From: Escherichia phage vB-EcoP-XT73
Sequence record: OR757436.1
Strand: one strand, 5' to 3'
DNA length: 64,000 bases
Shown here: in pieces, positions 1-9,200 of the stretch
How positions within the stretch are numbered: the stretch's first letter is position 1
Layout of the letters: each line of letters begins with the position of its first letter
Notes under the pieces: model-generated
Seen by the model: the letters and a program-made list of their open reading frames with translations, nothing else
Database searches by the model: none
What the model was told of the DNA's origin: nothing
Program-made: the position numbers and the translations under genes

Positions 1-828
1 ATGACCTTCGGTATTCGATGGGGGGAGGTGGTAGCAATCGGTGGTGGTGTAGGTAGTGGTAAAACACTAATTGCTCACGAACTGGTTGCTCATCTGTGCT
101 TAGAGCATGGTTTTAATGGGGGTGGCTTCTTCTTGGAAGAGAAGGTAGGCATGTCTGTTAAGAACATCGCTGGTAAGTCAGCATCAATTCCTTTCCACCG
201 ACCTGATGTTGAATATGACGAGGAAGATTTGCGTAATGAAGCACTTCGTTATGCAGACAAATTCTTCTTGTATGACAACTTTGGGCAGAACGAATGGGAA
301 GACATTAAACAGTGTATCCGTTTCTGGGTAGTTGAAAACCAGTGTAAGTTCATCATTCTTGATAACATTACCGCTCTGGTATCTCATTTAACACCTTCAG
401 AGATTAACACTGAAATCAGTAAGATTGCTTCCGAGCTTGCTGGTATGTGTAAAGAATTAGACTTTACCGCTTTCGTGCTATCTCACCTTAATGCTCCGGC
501 AGGTGGTGCTCCTCACGAAGAAGGTGGACAGGTACGTGAAGTACAGTTCACTGGCTCTCGTTCTCTTATGCGTTGGTGTCAGTGTATCATTGGCTTTGAG
601 CGTGATAAGCAAGCTGACGGCTTAGCTAAGAACCTCTCAGTCATTCGATTATTGAAAGAACGTAACTACGGTCAGACTGGTGTCTGTTATACTAAGTATA
701 TCAGTGAAACCGGTAGACTTGTAGAAAGGGAAGACTTTGAAGTTGATGAAGATAATCCATTCGTTTTAACTAACGGAGAGGGTGCAGCTTCTCTCGTCAA
801 CCAAGCAGATGGAGCTTCACCGTGGTAA
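1..828 (+). CDS. DnaB-like replicative helicase, C-terminal domain (T7 gp4-like); 5' end lies outside the window
   Basis: Walker A-like GGGVGSGKT and a C-terminal stretch [32 protein letters not shown]...FERDKQ that aligns by eye with the T7 gp4 helicase region (LVICHLKNP...AHEEGRPVSITDLRGSGAL...ERNQQ). Confidence 0.8.
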   Translation: MTFGIRWGEVVAIGGGVGSGKTLIAHELVAHLCLEHGFNGGGFFLEEKVGMSVKNIAGKSASIPFHRPDVEYDEEDLRNEALRYADKFFLYDNFGQNEWEDIKQCIRFWVVENQCKFIILDNITALVSHLTPSEINTEISKIASELAGMCKELDFTAFVLSHLNAPAGGAPHEEGGQVREVQFTGSRSLMRWCQCIIGFERDKQADGLAKNLSVIRLLKERNYGQTGVCYTKYISETGRLVEREDFEVDEDNPFVLTNGEGAASLVNQADGASPW

Positions 829-1376
829 AGAAAAAGAAAGTGTTTGCATTTGATATCGAAAGTAATGCACTATACGATGACATAACTAAAGTATGGTGTA
901 TTTACATTTTCGATGTTGAAACTGGTGAAAGGTGGGGCTACCGGCCTCACCAAATTGAAGATGGGATTCGTAAACTTACAGAAGCAGATGTACTAGTAGG
1001 TCATAATATTATTGACTTCGACTTACCTGCTCTGAAAAAGATATATCCCTCTTTGATTAAATATAATTTTAACGTCTTTGACACTCTGTGTCTTAGTCGA
1101 TATCTTAAACCTGACCGTATTGGTGACAGTCCTGAGTATCCGAAAGGTGACCCTAGACATGGCCCAAGAGGTCATGGTTTGAAGCAATGGGGTGAGTTCT
1201 TAGAGGAACTTAAAGGAGACTACGGTGAGCAAGAGGAAGCATGGGATGCTTTCACTGAAGATATGTTTACTTATTGTGAACAGGACGTTAACTTAACAGT
1301 TAAGGTTTATAAATACTTGTGTGAACTCACAGGATTTGACCCTTACGACCCACCTTCATTATATTGGAAAATGTAA
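822..1376 (+). CDS. DNA polymerase fragment 1: 3'-5' exonuclease domain (T7 gp5-like N-terminus)
   Basis: [48 protein letters not shown] and YCEQDVNLT match the T7 gp5 exo motifs (DIEANAL, HNGHKYDVPAL, DTLVLSRL, HALEAWGYRLGEMKGEY, YNVQDV). GTG start overlaps the helicase stop. The ORF stops at the exo/pol boundary. Confidence 0.85.
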   Translation: MVKKKKVFAFDIESNALYDDITKVWCIYIFDVETGERWGYRPHQIEDGIRKLTEADVLVGHNIIDFDLPALKKIYPSLIKYNFNVFDTLCLSRYLKPDRIGDSPEYPKGDPRHGPRGHGLKQWGEFLEELKGDYGEQEEAWDAFTEDMFTYCEQDVNLTVKVYKYLCELTGFDPYDPPSLYWKM

Positions 1377-1377
1377 A

Positions 1378-2739
1378 ATGATTGTTATCCCGATTAACCG
1401 AATTGAAGATAAGGTTGCTCAACAACCTGATATCACTGTCGGTCGTCACTTCATTGAACAGCTGATTAACAACAACTTGATTCCAGATGGTATCTGTCCC
1501 ATCATTACTGGTGGGGCTGTTCGTGACGCTGTTCTTAATAACATAGCACCTCATGACATCGATATCTTTATTGTCAGAGGACAGACACCAAGAACTCAAA
1601 ACACTTTCATCCGTCATGAACAGTGGCAAGCTCTTGGGCGTGAGATTGAAAGCAATGTGAAAGAGTGGCTAGAGTCACAAGATATTGAGTATTCATCTCT
1701 TCTTGCTGAAACTACAGATGAACCATATACAGGAACTTCCCAATTAACATTCACTGATATCATTGAATTTCAGTGGCAGGGAACTCGAATCCAATTCATG
1801 TTTAATTATCCCACTTCTATCGAAGAGGTATTGGATAATTTTCCTATGATGTGTCGTGGTGCGATGACCCTTGAAAACCTATTCATGACTCCTCATGGAT
1901 ATTTGGCTATGACCGCTCCCTGTCCAGTGGTTGTTTCTAGTCGTGAAATCAGATATGTTCACAAGAAGTGGCCTAATTCTCAGGTATTAAGATTCTCATC
2001 TCCAGCAGTTGCACATCAATACATGGCCCAAACTCGATACCTTCCCACACCTCAGCCGGTTAGTCATCTGGTCAACGAACGGGGTCAGGTTGCTCTTATT
2101 GAGGATACAACAAGTGCTCAGTATTGTGTTGACCGAGATATGAGTCTATTCTTTGGTATACCTTATGAAGAGATTCAGTTAATGTCGAGTCTTAACGGCT
2201 CTGGTCGGGTTCATGCGTATTGGTCTGAAGGGTTGACAAACTTAACAACTAATACAAGAGGAGATCTCCTTGGTCGGGAAGAGGAACCTAATCGGAACAA
2301 TGTAATTGAAGGGGTGTTTGTAGCCCCTGCAATGCGCCGAGCACAAGAGTCACGAAATCTAAGCTCTACTCGTAGAACATCTTTTGAAGAAACTCTTGGT
2401 GTTACTAGCGATTCATTTGAGCGGTGGTTGTCTAGACGTTCTAATGGTCAATCAAATGGTTTGACTGTTAGCCGTCACCAGTTCTCTGGTCAGAGTTTAG
2501 CTGTTGGTAATAGCAACGCACCTGTTATGGCTGTGTGGACCGATGAAGGTGTGGCCCAAGATGTGGTAAGTAGTCTTGATGTCCCTTCTCATGGTGAATT
2601 AGCTGAGACCGTCAGCCGCAATCTCGCTGATCGGTTTGTTGCTAACAACCCTGAAGTATTAGAGCCTCAAACCCGTACAGTTCGGTTTGCCGATGAAGCG
2701 GGTCGTGGATTTTCTTTTGACATGGAAACAAATAACTAA
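1378..2739 (+). CDS. Pol-beta-superfamily nucleotidyltransferase-domain protein (CCA-adding/poly(A)-polymerase-like head motif) with a low-complexity S/T/R-rich C-terminus
   Basis: Motif PIITGGAVRDAVLNNIAPHDIDIFIV resembles the GGAVRD...DxD signature of class II tRNA nucleotidyltransferases. ATG sits 1 nt after the exo-fragment stop (ATGTAAAATG), suggesting translational coupling. Confidence 0.5.
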   Translation: MIVIPINRIEDKVAQQPDITVGRHFIEQLINNNLIPDGICPIITGGAVRDAVLNNIAPHDIDIFIVRGQTPRTQNTFIRHEQWQALGREIESNVKEWLESQDIEYSSLLAETTDEPYTGTSQLTFTDIIEFQWQGTRIQFMFNYPTSIEEVLDNFPMMCRGAMTLENLFMTPHGYLAMTAPCPVVVSSREIRYVHKKWPNSQVLRFSSPAVAHQYMAQTRYLPTPQPVSHLVNERGQVALIEDTTSAQYCVDRDMSLFFGIPYEEIQLMSSLNGSGRVHAYWSEGLTNLTTNTRGDLLGREEEPNRNNVIEGVFVAPAMRRAQESRNLSSTRRTSFEETLGVTSDSFERWLSRRSNGQSNGLTVSRHQFSGQSLAVGNSNAPVMAVWTDEGVAQDVVSSLDVPSHGELAETVSRNLADRFVANNPEVLEPQTRTVRFADEAGRGFSFDMETNN

Positions 2740-2748
2740 GGAATAAAA

Positions 2749-3282
2749 ATGAGTTTACTAGGAAGTGTTGAACTACACGATGTAATTGATAATGGCTATC
2801 TGGATGCGGAGCATAAGTATGTTAACGCTGCTAGTGTGGATATCCGTATTGGTGATACTATCCTTGTTGAAGAACAGGCTGATGGCATCGTTGATATTGA
2901 TGCGAAAGAAAATCTTCAGTGGAAGGAAGTAAAAATCCCTGAAGAGGGCTTGGTTATCACTCCGGGTCAGTTCTTCTTGGCTCACTCTATGGAGGAGTTT
3001 AACCTTCCAGATAACATCTCAAGCCTGTTTGTTCTGCGTTCGTCTATGGCTCGTTGTGGTTTGAACCACCTTCACGCCGGATGGGCAGATGCAGGATTTA
3101 ACAGCAGTAAGCTGACATTTGAGTTCCATAACGTAACCAAGCATCATAGCTTACGAGTTCGTGCTGGTATGCGTGTTGGTCAGATGGTGATGTTTGAGCA
3201 CTCTCATGCAGGGGAACATTCCTATGCAGTGAAGGGTCGTTATAATAACTCTGAAGGTGTAGTTGCATCTAAAGGTGTGTAA
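2749..3282 (+). CDS. dcd: dCTP deaminase / dUTPase-superfamily protein
   Basis: 177 aa with SVDIRIGD, VITPGQFFLAHSMEEF and RSSMARCGL, typical of dCTP deaminases. Confidence 0.75.
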   Translation: MSLLGSVELHDVIDNGYLDAEHKYVNAASVDIRIGDTILVEEQADGIVDIDAKENLQWKEVKIPEEGLVITPGQFFLAHSMEEFNLPDNISSLFVLRSSMARCGLNHLHAGWADAGFNSSKLTFEFHNVTKHHSLRVRAGMRVGQMVMFEHSHAGEHSYAVKGRYNNSEGVVASKGV

Positions 3283-3489
3283 ATGACTGAAGAAGAGTTC
3301 CAAGAACTGAAAGGTTTGACTACCGAGGTTCAATTAAAAGCTATTACTTTTGGTCGAGCATGTCATCAATTTGATATATGCGTCGAAAGCAGTAAAGAAG
3401 CTTGTAAGAGCTATATGGATAAGAAGCACCTTGAATGGGGTAAAGCCTCTAACGATCTTTATAACTATATGAAGGGTTTAGTAAAATGA
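3283..3489 (+). CDS. hypothetical protein
   Basis: 68-aa ORF tightly packed between neighbours. Confidence 0.4.
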   Translation: MTEEEFQELKGLTTEVQLKAITFGRACHQFDICVESSKEACKSYMDKKHLEWGKASNDLYNYMKGLVK

Positions 3490-3683
3490 AAAAGTGGATT
3501 GTTCGTGTACATGATGATACGACTGGAGACTTGGTAGCTGTAGATTTTATTAACACTCGAGAACACGCCCGTAGGGTCAAAAACCAATACAAGTCTACTT
3601 TTAGACTCAATAAGGTTACAATAGGAAAAGCTATTGTGAATAACGAAGGTGCTCTTTTTGCCAACAGCAAGGTTTATTATTAA
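3486..3683 (+). CDS. small protein, paralogue family A
   Basis: Shares W-I/V-R-V ... F-T-R-x-x-A-R-x-x-K ... K-V-x-Y-Y pattern with the ORFs at 3683, 3892, 6442 and 13529. Confidence 0.5.
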   Translation: MKKWIVRVHDDTTGDLVAVDFINTREHARRVKNQYKSTFRLNKVTIGKAIVNNEGALFANSKVYY

Positions 3684-3892
3684 TGAGACCAATCACTATG
3701 AGACAGTTTTGGTTAGCAAAGATTAAGTGGGCATCAGGTGGTATGACTATGACTGCACTTCCTACTCGTCAACAGGCTCGAGATTTTAAAAAGACTATGC
3801 TTACTGGTGACGTGGTCAATAGTATCAGTATCCATAAGGCCAAGGAGTATTCTTCTGGTCGTGTTTATATCAGCGGAAAGGTACATTACTAA
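3683..3892 (+). CDS. small protein, paralogue family A
   Basis: Tandem paralogue; start overlaps the upstream stop. Confidence 0.5.
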   Translation: MRPITMRQFWLAKIKWASGGMTMTALPTRQQARDFKKTMLTGDVVNSISIHKAKEYSSGRVYISGKVHY

Positions 3893-4101
3893 TGAAAAAG
3901 ATGTGGGCGATTCGTGTTGTTTGGGATCTTGATCAACACACGAGAAAAGATAGCATCAAATTGTTTGACACTCGCAAAGAGGCTCGTATTGCTAAGAAAC
4001 AGTTGAAGACTCTGGGCACAATAGTAAAAAGCGCTGATATACATCGCTGGTACGAAGACCCTAACTCGGGTTCTTTTATGTCTAAAGTAATTTATTACTG
4101 A
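3892..4101 (+). CDS. small protein, paralogue family A
   Basis: MKKMWAIRVVWD...FDTRKEARIAKKQLK...KVIYY; third tandem copy. Confidence 0.5.
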   Translation: MKKMWAIRVVWDLDQHTRKDSIKLFDTRKEARIAKKQLKTLGTIVKSADIHRWYEDPNSGSFMSKVIYY

Positions 4102-4125
4102 TTGGTAGTAGATATGGTAACTCTC

Positions 4126-4134
4126 AAATGTATA
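4126..4134 (+). promoter_or_regulatory. AATGTATA promoter-like motif upstream of the 4174 gene
   Basis: aAATGTATAtagag about 40 bp upstream of the ATG; same core as the motifs near 9156 and 15352. Confidence 0.4.
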
Positions 4135-4173
4135 TAGAGTACAATAAGAATTTGTATTTTACAGGAGAGAGTT

Positions 4174-4500
4174 ATGTTAGATTTGAGTAAAGTGGCCCCG
4201 CCCACTGAAGAGATTACAAAATCCAAGGTGATGCAACAGTTTTATCATCGTGATATGCTTGGTCGCTTTATCAAGAATCGTGATGTTGTTGCTTGGTCTA
4301 TTGGTAATCAGGGATATCTGTTGAAGGTTCTTCAGGTTACAGGTTCAACTGCTAAGCGAGTTAAGGTGTATGACCCTGAAATGGGGCGTTCTAAGTCAGT
4401 AGACCCGCAGAACTGCATCGTAATTACCCAGCAGGTGATAGCAAATCTAGAAAGAAATGTAGCAAACTCTACTGAGTTAGAAGGAGAAGACCCTAAGTGA
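4174..4500 (+). CDS. hypothetical protein
   Basis: 108-aa ORF with AGGAGAGAG RBS upstream. Confidence 0.5.
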   Translation: MLDLSKVAPPTEEITKSKVMQQFYHRDMLGRFIKNRDVVAWSIGNQGYLLKVLQVTGSTAKRVKVYDPEMGRSKSVDPQNCIVITQQVIANLERNVANSTELEGEDPK

Positions 4501-4990
4501 TTCCAAAGGAATTGGAAGGGAAGATTGATGTAACAGAGGATGGTAGAGTATTTACTATAAAAAGTGGAAGGTTTTAACCCTCCACACTAATGGTGCCTAT
4601 TACAGAGTTACTATTTACTTTCCTGAAGGATTAAAGAATTTCTATGTCCACAGGCTGGTTGCTAGTAAGTACATACCGAACCCTGATAATCTTCCATGTG
4701 TCAACCATAAGGATGGCAATAAACTTAACAATCATAAAGATAATCTTGAATGGTGTACCCACCGAGAAAACTCTCAACATGCATCATCATTAGGTCTGAT
4801 GGTACAGAGGTTTGGAGAAGACAATCCGCAGTCTAAACTTACTCTAGAAGATGTAGAGTACTGTAGGAGAGTTTATATCCCTCGAGATAAAGAGTTTGGA
4901 GGCTCTGCCCTTGCAAGACGTTTTGGTGTCTCTCAGCAAGTGATATCAAAAGTTCTACTTAATCAAACTTGGAGGGAATATAATGCATAA
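4497..4990 (+). pseudogene. HNH homing endonuclease, interrupted by a frameshift at an A5 run (about 4559-4563)
   Basis: Frame 3 from GTG 4497 gives MIPKELEGKIDVTEDGRVFTIKSGRF then stops; the -1 frame continues YYRVTIYFPEGLKNFYVHRLVASKYIPNPDNLPCVNHKDGNKLNNHKDNLEWCTHRENSQHA to 4990. No in-frame start precedes the HNH core. Confidence 0.5.
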
Positions 4991-5546
4991 GAATGTTTTT
5001 GATTTACCTGAGATTGGTCGTGCCGAATATAATATGTTAGACCGATCAGAGCTTTCAATCTCTCGCCTTGAAACAATGCAGGGTATGATTAGTGGAAACA
5101 GCCTAGAACACATCCTGAGCTGCTTACAAGCTAACATAGAACTCTTGCATATCAAAGCTAAAAACTACCATTGGAACGTCTCTGGTGCAGGATTTCAGGG
5201 TGTTCATGGTATGTTTGATGAGCTGGAAGATTACGCACGACAAGTAGGAGATCGTATTGCTGAACGTATGCGTTACCACTGTGTTAAAGTGGACGCCACA
5301 GCAGCCAATTATCTCTCCCATGCTTGGTTCTCAGAGGGTAATGCTGACCTAGATATGGACGGTATGCTCTCTGATATGTGCATGACCTTGATGTGTATTA
5401 TTGAGAAGATGGATGAGTTTGATGGTGATTTAGCCACTTATCCAGTTGATCAGAGTATGCTTCAAGAAATTAATGAAGGTCTTGGCAAGTATTGCTACTT
5501 CGTCAAGAGCAACATGTCCCACTCAAGTGGCGATGTGTCTTACTAA
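4983..5546 (+). CDS. dps: Dps-like ferritin-family protein
   Basis: LHIKAKNYHWNVSGAGFQGVHGMFDELEDYARQVGDRIAERM aligns with the E. coli Dps ferroxidase region ([25 protein letters not shown]...DTMAERA), including the His/Asp/Glu positions. Confidence 0.7.
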   Translation: MHKNVFDLPEIGRAEYNMLDRSELSISRLETMQGMISGNSLEHILSCLQANIELLHIKAKNYHWNVSGAGFQGVHGMFDELEDYARQVGDRIAERMRYHCVKVDATAANYLSHAWFSEGNADLDMDGMLSDMCMTLMCIIEKMDEFDGDLATYPVDQSMLQEINEGLGKYCYFVKSNMSHSSGDVSY

Positions 5547-5608
5547 AAACCTCCGCCCTGTCTCCTAACCCGAGGTGGGGCGAACTTATTTATAAGGATA
5601 TAGATATA

Positions 5609-5787
5609 TGTTATCAGCAATCGTATGGGGTATTTGGGCTGTCTTTATTGGTGGTGGTATCTATTGGGCTTCTGGCAAGCTTATTGAAGAAACTCCTGAC
5701 AAGAAAGGTGAGATTCAAACAGCATCAACCATCATGGTTGTCGTAGCTGTTGTTATCCCATTCCTGCTTCACCTCCTGACTGCATAA
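5609..5787 (+). CDS. small two-segment membrane protein
   Basis: 59 aa (MLSAIVWGIWAVFIGGGIYWASGK...VVVAVVIPFLLHLL) with two hydrophobic segments; below the ORF-track length cutoff. Confidence 0.35.
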
Positions 5788-5796
5788 GGGTTTGAT

Positions 5797-5982
5797 ATGA
5801 TTTCACTGATTGTGTGGGCCGTGTGGTCGTTAATAGTTGGTACTGTTATATATAAAGCTCGAAATTTAGCAATTAAAGAAAACCCAGCAGAAGAGGATGT
5901 TAAAGCTATCAAGCTAGGCAGTGTTGTTCTGGTACATTTTGCTATAACACTACCTCTTGTTATTATTCTTTGTATGCTATAA
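5797..5982 (+). CDS. small two-segment membrane protein, paralogue of 5609
   Basis: MISLIVWAVWSLIVGTVIYKA...LVHFAITLPLVIILCML; same hydrophobic pattern as the upstream ORF. Confidence 0.4.
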   Translation: MISLIVWAVWSLIVGTVIYKARNLAIKENPAEEDVKAIKLGSVVLVHFAITLPLVIILCML

Positions 5983-6172
5983 GGAAACCAAAGAGTGAAA
6001 CTAAACCTACCTGAAGAATTACAAGCACATGCCATTATCGTTAGTGGCTGTGTGATGGGTCTTGGTCAAACAAAGAAGATTGCTCATGACTTAGCAAAAG
6101 GTCAGTATAAATCTTTTATTGTTGTTCCTGCTACCCAACGTCATATCAACCTGTTTATTAACAAGGAATAGA

Positions 6173-6445
6173 ATGTCTAAAGTGATTAAGTTTTATAGCG
6201 ATCAGTGTGCTCCATGTAAAGCAATGGCTCCTACCTTTGAGAAGGTTGTTAAGGAGTTCGATGTAGAAGTAGAAGAGATTAACATCCTTGAAGGTGATGG
6301 TCGTGAACAAGCTGTTAAGTATGGTGTAAGAAGCATCCCTGCTTTCGTTGTACCTGACCGTAATAGTGGTGCACACTATAGTCTCTCTGGTATGCAGACC
6401 GAAGCAAACCTGAAAGCATTCTTAACTACTGCCCTAGGTGTTTGA
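6173..6445 (+). CDS. thioredoxin
   Basis: FYSDQCAPCKAMAPTFEKV...KYGVRSIPAFVV aligns with the thioredoxin CxxC active site and the KYGIRGIPT strand. Start chosen at the internal ATG preceded by AAGGAA. Confidence 0.7.
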   Translation: MSKVIKFYSDQCAPCKAMAPTFEKVVKEFDVEVEEINILEGDGREQAVKYGVRSIPAFVVPDRNSGAHYSLSGMQTEANLKAFLTTALGV

Positions 6446-6651
6446 TTATGAAAAAATATTGGACGGTGGTATATTACCTCTACCAAGACCCGGCTATACC
6501 TGTTACAGAGCACTTTGCTACTCGTAAAGATGCTCGCCGTTTTAAGAAGGCTCTTAAGATGGCCCCAAAGATTTATAGTAAAGTAAGCTTACATAAATCA
6601 ACATTGTCAGAGATGGGAACCTTAGTGGTTTATTATGTAAAAGAATATTAA
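6442..6651 (+). CDS. small protein, paralogue family A
   Basis: MIMKKYWTVVYY...FATRKDARRFKKALK...LVVYY. Confidence 0.45.
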   Translation: MIMKKYWTVVYYLYQDPAIPVTEHFATRKDARRFKKALKMAPKIYSKVSLHKSTLSEMGTLVVYYVKEY

Positions 6652-6666
6652 TAAGGAAATTCACGG

Positions 6667-7323
6667 ATGAATGAACAATTACAAGCAACATTAATCGAAG
6701 CTATGGGAAGTGATCGTAGCGTAGTAAACGCAGCTCGAGTTTCCTTTGGCGTAACCCGTGAAGGTGATTTAAATGAACGTGATGAACGTCTCATCAACTT
6801 CCTCGCAAGAGAGAAGCATGTTACTCCATTCCGACACCCACAAGTCAGTTTCCGATGCAAAGCACCTATCGCAATTGCGAGACAGTTGGGCAAGCATCAG
6901 GTTGGATTCTCGTGGAACGAAATGTCCCGGCGGTATAAAGATGGAGCAGTTGAAGTCTTCATCCCTAAAGAGATTTTTGCGAGACCTTCGGACCTCCATG
7001 CAGGTTCAGGGGTTCAACTCATCGATGGAGAACGAGCTGAAGCATTAATGTTGATTAACGATGCATACGAAGCTTCTCTAGCAGCATATGACAAGTTGAT
7101 TGAATTCGTTGCACCAGAACAAGCCCGATTTGTTCTTCCTCAGGGAATGATCACTGAGTGGGTGTGGACTGGTTCTTTGTATGGCTGGTTTGAGTTGTGT
7201 CGTCAGCGACTATCCTCCCATGCTCAGTATGAAGTTCGAGTGTTTGCTCAATCTCTGGATGAAGAGATGGCTAAACTCTACCCAATCTCGTGGGCAGCTC
7301 TGAAGAAAACTTTGGAGAGTTAA
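6667..7323 (+). CDS. thyX: flavin-dependent thymidylate synthase (ThyX)-like
   Basis: 218 aa with HVTPFRHPQVSF and SWNEMSRRY segments resembling ThyX RHR and S-x-R-Y motifs; sits in the nucleotide-metabolism cluster. Confidence 0.55.
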   Translation: MNEQLQATLIEAMGSDRSVVNAARVSFGVTREGDLNERDERLINFLAREKHVTPFRHPQVSFRCKAPIAIARQLGKHQVGFSWNEMSRRYKDGAVEVFIPKEIFARPSDLHAGSGVQLIDGERAEALMLINDAYEASLAAYDKLIEFVAPEQARFVLPQGMITEWVWTGSLYGWFELCRQRLSSHAQYEVRVFAQSLDEEMAKLYPISWAALKKTLES

Positions 7324-7508
7324 TGACACATAAAGTGTGTAGCTTCTGTAAGAAAGAGAAGACTATCATCAACTTCAAACCTAATCCTGTAACTGGTCTG
7401 TCTCATGTTATGTGTCACTCTTGTAGGATATATCTTGAAACAAAGCACACCATTAACAGGTTGCATTATTATCACCCAACAACATTCAAATTTAAGGTTG
7501 TTAAATGA
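7323..7508 (+). CDS. small Cys-rich (zinc-ribbon-like) protein
   Basis: MTHKVCSFCKKEK...MCHSCRIY; start taken at the internal ATG after GGAGAG. Confidence 0.4.
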   Translation: MTHKVCSFCKKEKTIINFKPNPVTGLSHVMCHSCRIYLETKHTINRLHYYHPTTFKFKVVK

Positions 7509-7708
7509 AAACATTATGGACTCTTGACTGTCAAGATGATGACGGAGAGCGTTGGACTTGGAAATATTTCCTAGGGAAACCAACACCCGAGAACCCTGCT
7601 TTGGATTGTGCTTCATATGAAGATGCTAAGAAGCTGGTAAATGGAGAAAAGGTTTGGTCTCCGGATAATGAAGTTCAGTACTTTTTAACAGAACGGAAAT
7701 TTTCATAA
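7505..7708 (+). CDS. hypothetical protein
   Basis: 67-aa ORF, overlapping start/stop with neighbours. Confidence 0.4.
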   Translation: MKTLWTLDCQDDDGERWTWKYFLGKPTPENPALDCASYEDAKKLVNGEKVWSPDNEVQYFLTERKFS

Positions 7709-8031
7709 TGATTGACGGTAATACATTTAGGACTTCAAATGGAAGTGAAATAAGTCCCGCTGAAGTGATTAATCGGCACAGAAGGCAATTGATCATCCAT
7801 TCCTATTTGTATTACTGGTTGGATGACCCTATCTGGTCTGATGATAAATGGCAACAAGTTGCTAACGATTTGGTTGAGTTGCAAGCCTTGTATCCAGAGC
7901 CTACCGGAGTCTTTGACAATGAGTTCAAAGATTGGGATGGTTCTACAGGGATGCATCTCCCACATAACGAAGCTGTTGCTTGTATGGCGACAGCTGTTTA
8001 CAGACTTCATAAAGAGGTTAACTTCGCATGA
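7708..8031 (+). CDS. hypothetical protein
   Basis: 107-aa ORF. Confidence 0.45.
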   Translation: MIDGNTFRTSNGSEISPAEVINRHRRQLIIHSYLYYWLDDPIWSDDKWQQVANDLVELQALYPEPTGVFDNEFKDWDGSTGMHLPHNEAVACMATAVYRLHKEVNFA

Positions 8032-8228
8032 GCGTAGTTTATGTTCTAGAAAGATATGCTGAAGATCACAACAGTATTGTTGCCATATTTAAATATGCCC
8101 CAGATGTTGAGGATATTTTGAATGTGACTCACTTAACTGATGTTGATAAAATCAAAGACCTCATCAGGAATGACAATGCCCACATAGGTGACTCTCTGTG
8201 GTCTCTTACCGAATGGACATTGTGGTGA
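8028..8228 (+). CDS. hypothetical protein
   Basis: 66-aa ORF. Confidence 0.35.
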   Translation: MSVVYVLERYAEDHNSIVAIFKYAPDVEDILNVTHLTDVDKIKDLIRNDNAHIGDSLWSLTEWTLW

Positions 8229-8410
8229 AGTGCTCTAGATGTGAAGGGACAAACCTTCATTTAAGTAACAAGGTTATCAGAGAGCTTGCCAAAGGCTCTC
8301 CAACCAAAGGGAAGAACAAACGATTTACTAACGTCAGGGTTTATACAGCAATCTGTAAAGATTGTTTAACTACTGAATGTCATTACGAAGAAATTGGAGA
8401 GCGTAAATGA
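8198..8410 (+). CDS. small Cys-rich protein
   Basis: KCSRCEG ... CKDCLTTECH; the true start may be the internal Met (MDIVVK). Confidence 0.35.
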   Translation: MVSYRMDIVVKCSRCEGTNLHLSNKVIRELAKGSPTKGKNKRFTNVRVYTAICKDCLTTECHYEEIGERK

Positions 8411-9144
8411 GTCGTCGTCAATCACGGAAAGAATCACGGAAAGACCTTCGTCGGGAAGCACTTGTCACTCGTAAGGGTAAGCGCGAGTTTGAAGAGGTGG
8501 TTTTAGCAAAGCCTGTAGTCCCTCAGAACCAGTTCCAGTCTGAACTGCTCAATGCTATCAAGACTAAACAAGTTGTGTTCACAGACGCTCCTGCGGGCTG
8601 CGGGAAGACCTTTGTAATCACTTCCACAGTTATTGATGCACTGAAGAGTGGTAAGATTCAGAAGATCATTCTGAGTCGCCCTTCTGTTGGCATGGGTAAC
8701 TCACTTGGGTTGCTTCCGGGAGGAATGCGTGAGAAATTTGAACCATATCTGATGCCAATCATTGATGTTATTACTCAGAGATATGGTAAGGGGTTCTATG
8801 AATGCCAGCTCGGTAATAGTAACATTGAGTTTGTACCTCTGGAGTATCTCCGTGGTCGTTCTTTCAATGATGCTATCGTTATCGTTGATGAGTTCCAGAA
8901 CACCACTAAAGATGAAGCCTTCTCAATCATGACTCGATTGGGAGAAACCTCTCAGCTGTTCTGCATGGGTGATACAAACCAGCATGATATGCGTGGTCGT
9001 GAGAGTGGTCTTACTTGGGCTACTAACTTTATTGATGAACATGATCTGTATGAGTTCGCTGAGATTGTAGACGGCGAATCAGATGACATTGTTCGTTCTG
9101 GTTTCTGTAAAGCTATTGTTAAAGCAATGGAAAAGAAAGCTTAA
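8407..9144 (+). CDS. phoH: PhoH-like ATPase
   Basis: Walker A APAGCGKT and Walker B-like IVIVDEFQN in the PhoH arrangement. Confidence 0.85.
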   Translation: MSRRQSRKESRKDLRREALVTRKGKREFEEVVLAKPVVPQNQFQSELLNAIKTKQVVFTDAPAGCGKTFVITSTVIDALKSGKIQKIILSRPSVGMGNSLGLLPGGMREKFEPYLMPIIDVITQRYGKGFYECQLGNSNIEFVPLEYLRGRSFNDAIVIVDEFQNTTKDEAFSIMTRLGETSQLFCMGDTNQHDMRGRESGLTWATNFIDEHDLYEFAEIVDGESDDIVRSGFCKAIVKAMEKKA

Positions 9145-9155
9145 ACAGTAACTTA

Positions 9156-9164
9156 TAATGTATA
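9156..9164 (+). promoter_or_regulatory. TAATGTATA promoter-like motif
   Basis: acttaTAATGTATAct about 40 bp upstream of the 9201 start; shared with 15352. Confidence 0.45.
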
Positions 9165-9200
9165 CTCCTTAGTGTACACTGATATATTAAGGAGTTTTAA

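Noticed and set aside
1321-1377. Upstream start for the nucleotidyltransferase gene (track start 1321)
   Set aside because: That start overlaps the last 19 codons of the polymerase exo fragment; the ATG at 1378 directly after the exo stop is the more economical start.
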